DNA from: an uncultured Vicinamibacteraceae bacterium
Lineage (GTDB): Bacteria; Acidobacteriota; Vicinamibacteria; Vicinamibacterales; UBA8438
DNA: 64,000 bases
Reading direction: 5' to 3'
Assembly (NCBI GenBank): GCA_964507425.1
Contig: CAZDQD010000015.1
Span: 1,071 to 65,070, forward strand
Part shown: piece after piece, positions 37,905-46,365 of the stretch
Layout of the letters: the number at the start of each line of letters is the position of its first letter
Position numbering within the stretch: the first letter of the stretch is position 1
Notes under the pieces: model-generated
Told to the model about the DNA's origin: nothing
Database searches by the model: none
What the model saw: only the letters and a program-made list of their open reading frames with translations
Made by a program: the position numbers and the translations under genes

Positions 37905-39788
37905 ATGCGTTTAACTTGGATTTCTGCAGTTATCTGCTTGTTCATGTCTGTGTTGTTGGTCCAGTGCGGTGGTGGATCGGAAATAATGGAGAGTGAGACC
38001 CCTAGCACGGTCGTGGAGCATACCGACTGGCCTATGTATCGAGGTAATTATTCGGGTACGGGATATTCAGAGCTTTCTGATGTCTCAATTTTGAACGTCG
38101 GCACGCTATCACGTGCGTGGGTTTACGATTTGAATCGAAGGAATCCTGGTTCCGAGGATCGCGGACCAAACTCCCAGGTAACACCCATAGTTGTGGACGG
38201 TGTCATGTATTTGCCTGCAGCTGATCGAGTTGTCGCAATTGATCCTGATTCTGGGCAGGAGATCTGGGCGCACCTGTTAGATGACGCAATGGGGGCGCCG
38301 TCGCGTCGTGGTGTTGCCTACTGGCCAGGGGATGGTGATTTCGATGCGCGCATCATATTTGTAACGGGATCACATCTTCGTGCATTGGACGCAAGTACGG
38401 GGGACCCTGTCGTTGAATTTGGCGACGACGGAGCGATTGCACTCGGCGTGCCATATAACTCTGTTCCACTCGTTTATCGTCATGTTGCAGTGGTTGGAGC
38501 GAACACTCCACGCGGTGAGATTGGCGGTATTGGTAATGCGCGTGCCTACGACGTTCGGACAGGTGAAATGCTCTGGGAATTCGACTCGGTCGCTCAGCCA
38601 GGTGACGTGGGACACGACACGTGGGACGGAGACAGTTGGCGGGATCGGCTGGGGGCGAATGCCTGGCCATTTTATTTTACGTTGGATGAAGCGCGAGGTG
38701 TTCTGTACCTCCCGTTGGCCTCACCAATTCCTGGTTATTACGGTGGTGACCGTGCTGGGGCGAACCTTTATGGAAATTCTGTGGTGGCAGTGACTGCGGA
38801 GACGGGTGAGTACCTGTGGCATTTCCAGACGATCCACCATGATTTATGGGATGCGGACCCACCGGCTCCGCCGGTTCTGTTTGATATGGAACGTGACGGG
38901 GCGACGGTTCCAGCGCTCGGTGTGACGACGAAATCTGGATACCTCTATATCCTGAATCGAGAAACAGGTGCGGTGCTCTATGACGTAGAAGAACGGCCGG
39001 TCAGCGCGAGTGATGTTCCGGGTGAAGTCACATACCCAACCCAACCGATTCCGGCTGTTACACCGTCGATGGGTCGCGTCTCCTATAGTGCAGAGGACTT
39101 GGTTACAGCAAATGAGACTACGGACGAGCACGCTGCGGCCTGTTCCGCACTGGTAGAGAGTTTAGGTGAGGTCGTTAATGCAGGTCCCTTTACACCGTGG
39201 GCATATCGCCGTGAGAATGGTAATCCCCGGACAACATTGAACTTTCCTGGAGGCGTTGGTGGCCCAAACTGGGGTGGGGCAGCGTTCGACCCGACGTCTG
39301 GGTATATTTTCGTGATGTCTATGGATGTCGGTGCATTGGGTTGGATGGTTGATGCGGATGACGAGACCGCCGGCCCATATCGCAAGGAAACACCGAGACC
39401 GGCTAGCTTTGAAGTAGACATTGCTGGTACTCGCATGCCGTGCCAAAAACCACCATGGGGCCAATTAACGGCGGGTGACAGTGCAACGGGAGGTATTGCC
39501 TGGCGTGTTCCATTGGGTATCACTGACTGGCTGCCTGATGGCAAACAAGGCACGGGTCGCCCGGGCCGGGCGGCTGCGGTCGTTACAGGCGGCGACTTAC
39601 TTTTTATTGCTTCGACAGACGATAATCGTTTCCGTGCTGTCCAGGCGACTACTGGGCAGGAACTGTGGGTTGATCAGCTGGACGGCCGGGGCAATGCAAA
39701 TCCGATGACGTATCGAGGAAACGACGGCCGTCAATACATTGTCATCACTGCGACGGATACGGTTGTTGCGTATGCGCTACCCGATTAG
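37905..39788 (+). CDS. Secreted PQQ-dependent dehydrogenase, mGDH-like, possible lipoprotein
   Basis: DWPMYRG, SQVTPIVVDG, HHDLWDAD, PTQPIP, GGPNWGG, CQKPPWG. Confidence 0.85.
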   Translation: MRLTWISAVICLFMSVLLVQCGGGSEIMESETPSTVVEHTDWPMYRGNYSGTGYSELSDVSILNVGTLSRAWVYDLNRRNPGSEDRGPNSQVTPIVVDGVMYLPAADRVVAIDPDSGQEIWAHLLDDAMGAPSRRGVAYWPGDGDFDARIIFVTGSHLRALDASTGDPVVEFGDDGAIALGVPYNSVPLVYRHVAVVGANTPRGEIGGIGNARAYDVRTGEMLWEFDSVAQPGDVGHDTWDGDSWRDRLGANAWPFYFTLDEARGVLYLPLASPIPGYYGGDRAGANLYGNSVVAVTAETGEYLWHFQTIHHDLWDADPPAPPVLFDMERDGATVPALGVTTKSGYLYILNRETGAVLYDVEERPVSASDVPGEVTYPTQPIPAVTPSMGRVSYSAEDLVTANETTDEHAAACSALVESLGEVVNAGPFTPWAYRRENGNPRTTLNFPGGVGGPNWGGAAFDPTSGYIFVMSMDVGALGWMVDADDETAGPYRKETPRPASFEVDIAGTRMPCQKPPWGQLTAGDSATGGIAWRVPLGITDWLPDGKQGTGRPGRAAAVVTGGDLLFIASTDDNRFRAVQATTGQELWVDQLDGRGNANPMTYRGNDGRQYIVITATDTVVAYALPD

Positions 39789-39803
39789 CGGGTTTGGGGA
39801 CGT

Positions 39804-40895
39804 TTATCCGAGCGCGCCTGTTACGAGGGCAAGCAATACGCCTCCTGCTATCACGGAACCGAGCTGGCCTGCGGTGTTGGCCCCCATCGCATGCATAAGT
39901 ACGTGATTCGTAAAATCTTCTTCTTGAGCGACTCTTTGTACAAGTCGACCACTCATCGGAAATGCACTAATGCCTGCCGCTCCGACGAGTGGATTGACTT
40001 TGCCGCGCGTTGCGAGACATAAGAGCTTGCCAAAAAAGATTCCGGCGACAGTATCAAGGGCGAACGCCGCAAGTCCAAGTAACAGAATGTAGAGCGTTTG
40101 GACCTGAAGAAATATTTCTGCTTGCATAAGACTTCCAATAGTTAAGCCAAGGAACAGTGTAGAGATGTTGGCGAGTTCGTTCTGGGCAGAATTTGCGAGT
40201 TGTTGAACGACACCAGATTCCTTGAGAAGACTTCCAAGCATCAATGTCGCAACCAATGGCGCGGATTCAGGGACCAAAAGTCCGACGACAACGGTGACGA
40301 CAATCGGGAACACAATCACAGCTACTCGCGGCACAGGTCTTGGCGCGTAAGGCATCCGTATGCGACGTTCTTCACGTGTGGTTAGCAACCGCATAATGGG
40401 GGGCTGGATAATTGGAACCAAACTCATATACGAGTATGCCGTTATGGCAATTGGTGCGAGTAGTTCTGGTGCCAGAAGGGATGAGACGTAAATGCTCGTT
40501 GGGCCGTCGATGGCACCAATCACAGCGATCGACGCTGCTTGGTTCAAAGGGAAGCCGAGAAGTGTTGCCAAAATGAGGGTAGCAAAAATACCAAGCTGGC
40601 CGGCCGCACCAAGGAGAGCGAACAGCGGTTGAGACAACAGTGGGCGAAAGTCCATCATCGCCCCTATTCCGATGAAGACGAATAACGGAAAAAGTTCTGT
40701 TTGTATACCGAACTCGTTCAGGATGTAGAGCATGCCTCCTTCGTGATTGAGGGGTGAGTTTGGGAGGTTTCCCAAAAGCACACCGAAGCCAATCGGCAAT
40801 AGTAGGGTCGGCTCGCACTTCTTAGCGATTGCGAGATAGATCAGCACTCCTCCAACGGCAAACATGAGCAGGACAGCTGGTGTTAGGGATAGCAT
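39804..40895 (-). CDS. mmdB: Na+-translocating decarboxylase beta subunit (OadB/MmdB family)
   Basis: EPTLLLPIGFG, GAMMDFRPL, IGAIDGPT, AYSYMSLVP, NPLVGAAGISAFPM, HAMGAN. Confidence 0.9.
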   Translation of the reverse strand: MLSLTPAVLLMFAVGGVLIYLAIAKKCEPTLLLPIGFGVLLGNLPNSPLNHEGGMLYILNEFGIQTELFPLFVFIGIGAMMDFRPLLSQPLFALLGAAGQLGIFATLILATLLGFPLNQAASIAVIGAIDGPTSIYVSSLLAPELLAPIAITAYSYMSLVPIIQPPIMRLLTTREERRIRMPYAPRPVPRVAVIVFPIVVTVVVGLLVPESAPLVATLMLGSLLKESGVVQQLANSAQNELANISTLFLGLTIGSLMQAEIFLQVQTLYILLLGLAAFALDTVAGIFFGKLLCLATRGKVNPLVGAAGISAFPMSGRLVQRVAQEEDFTNHVLMHAMGANTAGQLGSVIAGGVLLALVTGALG

Positions 40896-40922
40896 GCTTT
40901 AGGGAAACTTATACGTTACTCG

Positions 40923-41393
40923 TTAGGGCGCGAAACTAACGAGGGGTTGTCCTTGAACAATATTGTCACCGTCTTTAACGTGAACGGTAGCAACGGTTCC
41001 AGTCGACGGCGAGCGCATGACATTGAACATTTTCATAGCCTCGATTGTTAATAGCTCGTCTCCATGTTCCACGGCTTGGCCAGCAAGAACCGTTACTTTT
41101 GAAACGACTCCCGGGATTGGTGCGGTCATCGTGGTTGGACCCGCATTAGTTGCTGTAGACGCCGGAGATGCTACAGGGGCTGAGGCGGCTTGCGATATAC
41201 CCGTACTAGGTGGTTCCTTAGAGGCTGGTGCTTCTGGAAGAGGATCTTGCCGATTCGGATGAGGAAGGTTTGTTGATTCAATGTCGACCGAATAGGCCGT
41301 GCCCGAAAGCCTGGCGGTAACTGGCCTCGCTCGCGGATCGTCGATCTCGACATCGTAGACTCGGCCGTCAATGGTGACACGATATAACTTCAT
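40923..41393 (-). CDS. mmdC: Biotin carboxyl carrier subunit of the decarboxylase
   Basis: MKLYRVTIDGRVYDVEI, Ala/Pro-rich linker, APIPG, EAMKM biotinylation motif. Confidence 0.85.
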   Translation of the reverse strand: MKLYRVTIDGRVYDVEIDDPRARPVTARLSGTAYSVDIESTNLPHPNRQDPLPEAPASKEPPSTGISQAASAPVASPASTATNAGPTTMTAPIPGVVSKVTVLAGQAVEHGDELLTIEAMKMFNVMRSPSTGTVATVHVKDGDNIVQGQPLVSFAP

Positions 41394-41773
41394 GCGCGGC
41401 CTCCTTGACGCCGGACCGCTTGTGCGAAACGTCGAGTTCGGTGAAGTTGTCTCCACTCAGAGGGGTTTTCGGTTATGTGGCTTGCGGACTGTCCCACTAT
41501 TTCGCAGGCGGTGGCGACTGCCAGTGCGACAGCACGCCGTTGACGATCTGCTTCGGCTTCGGCTTCGTGTTTTGCCTCTGAGGCAGCACGGTCTGCACGA
41601 GAGGCCATGTCTGCCTCAGCATTCGCGTCCTCATCGTCGTTTAAATTCAGTTTGTCTGAAAGACGGGGTGACGTGACCGCGTACATCAGACCGACAAGCC
41701 CTGCAAGCGCGAGAAACAGTAGAACTGTGCCGATGCCGGCGATTTCAAGGACGGTCTGGAGGCCAGTAGACAT
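41390..41773 (-). CDS. mmdD: OadG/MmdD-like single-TM anchor subunit
   Basis: One N-terminal TM helix, acidic Ala-rich linker, VALAVA segment, C-terminal W..R motif; lies between the carboxyltransferase and biotin carrier genes. Confidence 0.7.
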   Translation of the reverse strand: MSTGLQTVLEIAGIGTVLLFLALAGLVGLMYAVTSPRLSDKLNLNDDEDANAEADMASRADRAASEAKHEAEAEADRQRRAVALAVATACEIVGQSASHITENPSEWRQLHRTRRFAQAVRRQGGRA

Positions 41774-41776
41774 GAA

Positions 41777-43627
41777 TCAGAGGGGGATATTCCCATGCTT
41801 TTTCGGTAGCGTACTGGGTTGTTTATCTTTCAGGAATTCGAGCGTTGCTATGAGCCGGTCTCTGGTTTCGCGCGGATGGATGATGTCGTCAATATGACCA
41901 GAAGCAGCTGCAACGAAGGGAGAGTTGAACTCCTCTTGAAATTGCTCTTCCAACTCTGTCCGTTTCGCATCTCGGCTGGCTGGGTCTGCGGCTTTCAGTT
42001 GACGAGCGTAAAGGATGCTGACGGCTCCTTTTGCGCCCATCACCGCGATTTCGGCGCTAGGCCATGCGAGGCAGACATCTGTGCGAATCATTTTACTGCT
42101 CATAACGATGTACGCACCGCCATAGGCTTTACGAAGCACAATTGATATTTTCGGTACCGTGGCTTCCGAGTAGGCGTAAACGATTTTTGCCCCGTGTCGA
42201 ATAATTCCCTGATGTTCTTGCCCGGCGCCTGGTAAAAACCCAGGACAGTCGATCAAGGTGATGAGTGGCACATTGAACGCGTCGGAAAAACGGATAAAGC
42301 GCGCGATTTTATCAGAGGCGTTGATGTCTAAAACACCGGCAAGGTGTGAGGGCTGGTTAGCCACGAATCCGACGACATTACCATTTAGACGTGCAAATCC
42401 GACGATCGCATTTGGCGCAAAATCCTTATGAACTTCTAAAAATGTGTTGGTGTCAGCAATTAGAGCAATGACCTCGCGAACGTCGTAGGCTTCTTCAGAC
42501 GTTTCTGGCATCAACGTGTCAAGAGCTGCTGTATTTGGAGCGACATCTTCATCATTGGCGATGTCTAATCTCGGCGGATCTTCGGCGTTGTTTGACGGCA
42601 AGTAGCCCACGAGGCGTCGAGTTAAGTCGAGCGCCTCGTCCTCTGCCTCCGCTACAAAGTGCGCCACGCCGGACGTGGCGGCATGAGTCTCAGCACCGCC
42701 GAGGGTGTCAACGTCAACCTCTTCTCCGGTAACCGTTCGTATAACGTCTGGCCCCGTGATAAACATGTAGCTTGAGCTTCGTGACATGATGACAAAGTCG
42801 GTCAGTCCGGGTGAATAGACTGCGCCACCGGCGCATGGTCCAAGCATCACGCTGATTTGTGGCACAACACCACTTGCCTGAGTATTACGCCAGAATAAGT
42901 CGCCGAATCCGGCAAGACTCCAGACGCCTTCTTGGATTCTGGCGCCAACAGAGTCTAGCAGTGCGATTATGGGTAGGCCTCCAGAAGTAGCGGCTTCGAG
43001 CAGGCGACCAACCTTTATGGCTTGCGTTTCGGAAAAGGAGCCTCCCAGAATTGTAAAATCCTGCGCGAAAATAGCCACACGGCGGCCGTCGATGCGCCCA
43101 AAACCGGTTACCACGCCATCGCCAGGATGCCGTTGACGATCAAGCCCGAATGTGCTGTGCCGGTGCTCGATGTACGGGCCAAGCTCTTCGAACGAATTTG
43201 CGTCAAGAGTTCGTGTGATTCGTTCTCTGGCCGTAAATTTTCCGCGCGCATGTTGCGCATCGACGCGAGCCTGCCCACCGCCAAGTAACAGAGCTTCGCG
43301 CCGGTCGGCGAGTGAAGCGCTTTGTTTCACCGGCGTTGCGCTTTCTGTTTGTGCGGTTGGTTCTGACACCGGTTGAACCTCGTCACGTTTGTTTGGCGAC
43401 GATTTCTTTCCGCGGCGAGTCAATGCACGTACCGCGGCAAACATGGCAGCGCCAGCCACAGTTGTTGTGACTGCCCTGGCTTCAGAGGACAACTTAAAGG
43501 AGCCACCCAGCCACTTTGCGAAAGTGTCCAATGGCGCAGAGTTAGACGAGTCTGCCGAGGGTTTGTCCTCAGGGGTACGGGACGTTTCAGGCTTGTCCGG
43601 TTGCTCGTTCTTCGCATCATTTGCCAT
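41777..43627 (-). CDS. mmdA: Acyl-CoA carboxyltransferase subunit, probable methylmalonyl-CoA decarboxylase alpha, with ~100-aa N-terminal extension
   Basis: GKFTARERI, GDGVVTGFG, QDFTILGGS, DSVGARIQEG, GPCAGGAVYSP, RKAYGGAY, KKHGNIPL; operon with OadB-family gene. Confidence 0.8.
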   Translation of the reverse strand: MANDAKNEQPDKPETSRTPEDKPSADSSNSAPLDTFAKWLGGSFKLSSEARAVTTTVAGAAMFAAVRALTRRGKKSSPNKRDEVQPVSEPTAQTESATPVKQSASLADRREALLLGGGQARVDAQHARGKFTARERITRTLDANSFEELGPYIEHRHSTFGLDRQRHPGDGVVTGFGRIDGRRVAIFAQDFTILGGSFSETQAIKVGRLLEAATSGGLPIIALLDSVGARIQEGVWSLAGFGDLFWRNTQASGVVPQISVMLGPCAGGAVYSPGLTDFVIMSRSSSYMFITGPDVIRTVTGEEVDVDTLGGAETHAATSGVAHFVAEAEDEALDLTRRLVGYLPSNNAEDPPRLDIANDEDVAPNTAALDTLMPETSEEAYDVREVIALIADTNTFLEVHKDFAPNAIVGFARLNGNVVGFVANQPSHLAGVLDINASDKIARFIRFSDAFNVPLITLIDCPGFLPGAGQEHQGIIRHGAKIVYAYSEATVPKISIVLRKAYGGAYIVMSSKMIRTDVCLAWPSAEIAVMGAKGAVSILYARQLKAADPASRDAKRTELEEQFQEEFNSPFVAAASGHIDDIIHPRETRDRLIATLEFLKDKQPSTLPKKHGNIPL

Positions 43628-43740
43628 TGAACTGGTCGGTGTGAGGTTAACAATGTTAGCAGATTGCTCTCATGAGAAACCGCTCGCTGCTGGTTCGGTT
43701 GTTACAGTTGAGTAGGCTTGAATCTGTCAGCGACACTACC

Positions 43741-44109
43741 TTAGTTGTTCGTTGGTGGATGTTTGATTTTCCAAAGGCGAGCGAGCCGGTTTGCCTCTGC
43801 AATTTGATGGCGAAACATTTCCCCATCCAGTAGCTGCTGCATGCGTTGTGCTTGGAAACGTTTTTCGGAGTTAAGAAATTCGGCCGCGAGACCGAACCAC
43901 TTATAGGCGAGAACGTTATCGCGAGATACACCGTCACCATTCGCGTATCTAGTGCCGAGTTCAAACAGCATGTTAAGGTCGCCGCTATTGACGCGTGTGA
44001 GTAATTCTTCAACGGTCGGAGTTGAATCGTTAGAATCAGTGGTCGCCTGACACCCAAGTGCCATAGTGAGAGATAAAACCAGTGGGGCGATTAATGTCTT
44101 ATGTCCCAT
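43741..44109 (-). CDS. Small Sel1-repeat lipoprotein
   Basis: Lipobox ALGC; LGTRYANGDGVSRDNVLAYKWF; start overlaps the upstream stop (TAATG). Confidence 0.75.
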   Translation of the reverse strand: MGHKTLIAPLVLSLTMALGCQATTDSNDSTPTVEELLTRVNSGDLNMLFELGTRYANGDGVSRDNVLAYKWFGLAAEFLNSEKRFQAQRMQQLLDGEMFRHQIAEANRLARLWKIKHPPTNN

Positions 44110-44912
44110 TAACGAGTAGGGCCTTTCTTGTTGAACTGTAATAACCACCACGTGTCAGCGCCGAACGATACAGTTAGTAGGAAAAGAGCAGTTGCTGCGG
44201 CCCCTGTACTTACGACTACTGGTATAACCGGACCAAGACAAACCAGCAGCACCACGCCTTGGACAACACAGACACCCTTTCGACGTTTGCTGTCGGGGAG
44301 TTCCCGAGTCAATGCTGGCCATAGCCATCCAGCGCCCACAAAAATGTATCTCGCGATTCCAATTAGCAGAATCCATGCTCCAATGTTCCCATTACGCCAA
44401 ATTAAAACTGACAATACAAACATTAGAAATGCATCGACCTCCATGTCGAATCTGGCTCCATAAGATGTGGCTGTGTTACTACGACGAGCAACCTGGCCAT
44501 CGACTCCATCGAGGATGAGCGCGATGGTGGATATTCCGATGATCCACCAGAGGGTTGTTTCCGGCAGCACACTGGAGAGCATTACGAGCGTAGTAACCGA
44601 AATAACAAGTATGCCGCGAAAAAGCGTGATTCGATTGGGAACCCCCAATCCGGGGGTTGGTAAATTATTTGGTAATGTGATGATGAGTACAGCGCACAGA
44701 AGTAGATAGAGCGCGAGGTTTCCACTGCTGTATAGAAGTAGATAGAGCGTGAGGTTTTCAATGCTGTCTGACGTTTGCGGTAAGCCTAAGAAAAACTGGG
44801 TCGACACGGTCACAGCCGCTAGAGGCAGGCAGCCGACAAGGAGATCTTTTATTGCCCGGTGCCGTACATTTTTACGTGTGACTATTTCGCCGGGTTGCAT
44901 CGTTTGCGACAT
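44109..44912 (-). CDS. CDP-alcohol phosphatidyltransferase family protein
   Basis: PNRITLFR; complete DG-x2-AR-x8-G-x3-D-x3-D motif (DGQVARRSNTATSYGARFDMEVD); multiple TM segments. Confidence 0.9.
   Translation of the reverse strand: MSQTMQPGEIVTRKNVRHRAIKDLLVGCLPLAAVTVSTQFFLGLPQTSDSIENLTLYLLLYSSGNLALYLLLCAVLIITLPNNLPTPGLGVPNRITLFRGILVISVTTLVMLSSVLPETTLWWIIGISTIALILDGVDGQVARRSNTATSYGARFDMEVDAFLMFVLSVLIWRNGNIGAWILLIGIARYIFVGAGWLWPALTRELPDSKRRKGVCVVQGVVLLVCLGPVIPVVVSTGAAATALFLLTVSFGADTWWLLQFNKKGPTR
44698..44769. repeat. In-frame 36-bp tandem duplication inside the CDP-alcohol phosphotransferase gene
   Basis: agaagtagatagagcgcgaggtttccactgctgtat / agaagtagatagagcgtgaggttttcaatgctgtct, 32/36 identical; encodes DSIENLTLYLLL/YSSGNLALYLLL. 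Confidence 0.85.
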
Positions 44913-44920
44913 ATCACTAG

Positions 44921-44955
44921 TGTCGTAGGAGTTTTATCAATTTAATCCTACGTCA
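44921..44955. promoter_or_regulatory. Inverted repeat in the 57-bp divergent intergenic region
   Basis: TGTCGTAGGA-N15(AT-rich)-TCCTACGTCA, 9/10 complementary. Confidence 0.3.
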
Positions 44956-44969
44956 TCATCGGGGACTGT

Positions 44970-45944
44970 ATGCGCATTGCTAAACAGTTTTGGATTGTTG
45001 AACCAGGCCGGGCGGAGATATTAAGCAAGGATCTTGTTCCTAGGTTAGACACTGAGGTGCTCGTCGCTGCTGCGTTTGGTGCTGTAAGTCGAGGAACAGA
45101 ATCGCTCGTATTTCGAGGCGAGGTGCCGGTTTCTCAGTACGAAATTATGAAGGCGCCATTCCAAGACGGACAATTTCCTGGCCCTGTCAAATATGGCTAT
45201 TCCAGTGTTGGTGAGGTGGTAGAGGGGCCAGCAGAACTCGTTGGACGTATGGTCTTTTGTCTTTACCCGCATCAGGATGTTTATTGTGTCCCGTCCGGAT
45301 CCGTGACACTGCTGCCCACTGGTGTTCCTCCGGAACGGGCAATCTTGGCGGCCAATATGGAAACAGCGGTCAATGTTGTGTGGGATGCCGGTTTGAGCGT
45401 AGGCGACACGGTTGTTGTTATAGGAGCCGGTGTTATCGGCTTGCTAGCAGCGACACTGTGCCGAAATATTCCTGGTGTGACAGTCGAGGTGGTTGATCCG
45501 AACGAATCCAGAAAAGATGTATGTACCACCCTTGGTATGAATTATCACCGCGAAGTCCCGAAGGGGTTAGTGGCAGACGCTGTGTTGCACGTCAGCGGAT
45601 CTCCGGAAGGGTTACGTGCCGCGCTCGCGGTGGCTGGGCTAGAGGCCACAATTGTTGAGGCAAGTTGGTATGGAACTCGGAACGTGTCGTTGCCACTTGG
45701 AGAATTTTTCCATGCTCGTCGTTTGACACTGCGAAGTAGTCAAGTTGGCCGTCTTCCGATGAATCGATTGCCTCGATGGACGCACCGTAAACGTTTAGAA
45801 CTCGCCTTAGAACTCTTGCGGGATAGTTGTTTTGATGTTTTGATCAATTCTGAAAGCTCGTTTGACGACTTACCGGATGTTCTTCCTCAATTAAGCCACG
45901 ATCCAGGAAGCGTCCTATGTCATCGTGTTCGATATGGTTCGTGA
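44970..45944 (+). CDS. MDR-superfamily (zinc-binding alcohol dehydrogenase-like) oxidoreductase
   Basis: SRGTE, FPGPVKYGYSSVG, PHQD, ANMETA, VIGAGVIG, EASWYG, SSQVG. Confidence 0.85.
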   Translation: MRIAKQFWIVEPGRAEILSKDLVPRLDTEVLVAAAFGAVSRGTESLVFRGEVPVSQYEIMKAPFQDGQFPGPVKYGYSSVGEVVEGPAELVGRMVFCLYPHQDVYCVPSGSVTLLPTGVPPERAILAANMETAVNVVWDAGLSVGDTVVVIGAGVIGLLAATLCRNIPGVTVEVVDPNESRKDVCTTLGMNYHREVPKGLVADAVLHVSGSPEGLRAALAVAGLEATIVEASWYGTRNVSLPLGEFFHARRLTLRSSQVGRLPMNRLPRWTHRKRLELALELLRDSCFDVLINSESSFDDLPDVLPQLSHDPGSVLCHRVRYGS

Positions 45945-45966
45945 AGAAGACGGAGTAGCGTGAATT

Positions 45967-46365
45967 ATGTACAGCGTGAACGTTCGAGATCATTTCATGG
46001 TCGCCCATAGTTTCGTTGGTGACGTGTTTGGACCTGCACAACGGTTACACGGAGCGACTTATGTGGTTGATGCGACATTTAGCCGCCCAGAGTTAGACGG
46101 TGATCAGGTGGTTGTAGATATTGGACGTGCGGCAGACTGCCTCAAAACTGTGTTGTCTGACTTTAACTATAAGAATCTCGATGAGCTGGAAACGTTTAGT
46201 GGTGTCAACACGACAACGGAATATCTTGCGCGTGAAATATTCAATCGGCTTGTTTCGGCAATACAAGCTGGCGAGATTGGCGAAGGCGCGCGCGGTGTAA
46301 CTACCCTTGAGGTCACACTCAACGAATCTCATGCCGCTTGGGGGAGGTATCAAGGGGATTTGTGA
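45967..46365 (+). CDS. 6-pyruvoyl-tetrahydropterin synthase/QueD (T-fold) homolog, atypical subfamily
   Basis: RDHFMVAHSF, FGPAQRLHGATY, VVDIG, NTTTEYLA, ESH; lacks the canonical C-x3-HGH motif. Confidence 0.85.
   Translation: MYSVNVRDHFMVAHSFVGDVFGPAQRLHGATYVVDATFSRPELDGDQVVVDIGRAADCLKTVLSDFNYKNLDELETFSGVNTTTEYLAREIFNRLVSAIQAGEIGEGARGVTTLEVTLNESHAAWGRYQGDL

Noticed and set aside
2727-39788. Reading WDxD in the mGDH-like paralogs (2727, 15616, 33422, 37905) as a lanthanide signature
   Set aside because: D-x-D is standard in the glucose/quinate dehydrogenase family, so it is not diagnostic there
41777-43627. pccB (propionyl-CoA carboxylase beta)
   Set aside because: Operon contains OadB/OadG-like membrane subunits and no biotin carboxylase
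45967-46365. queD (queuosine) assignment
   Set aside because: Lacks C-x3-HGH, and no queC/E/F nearby
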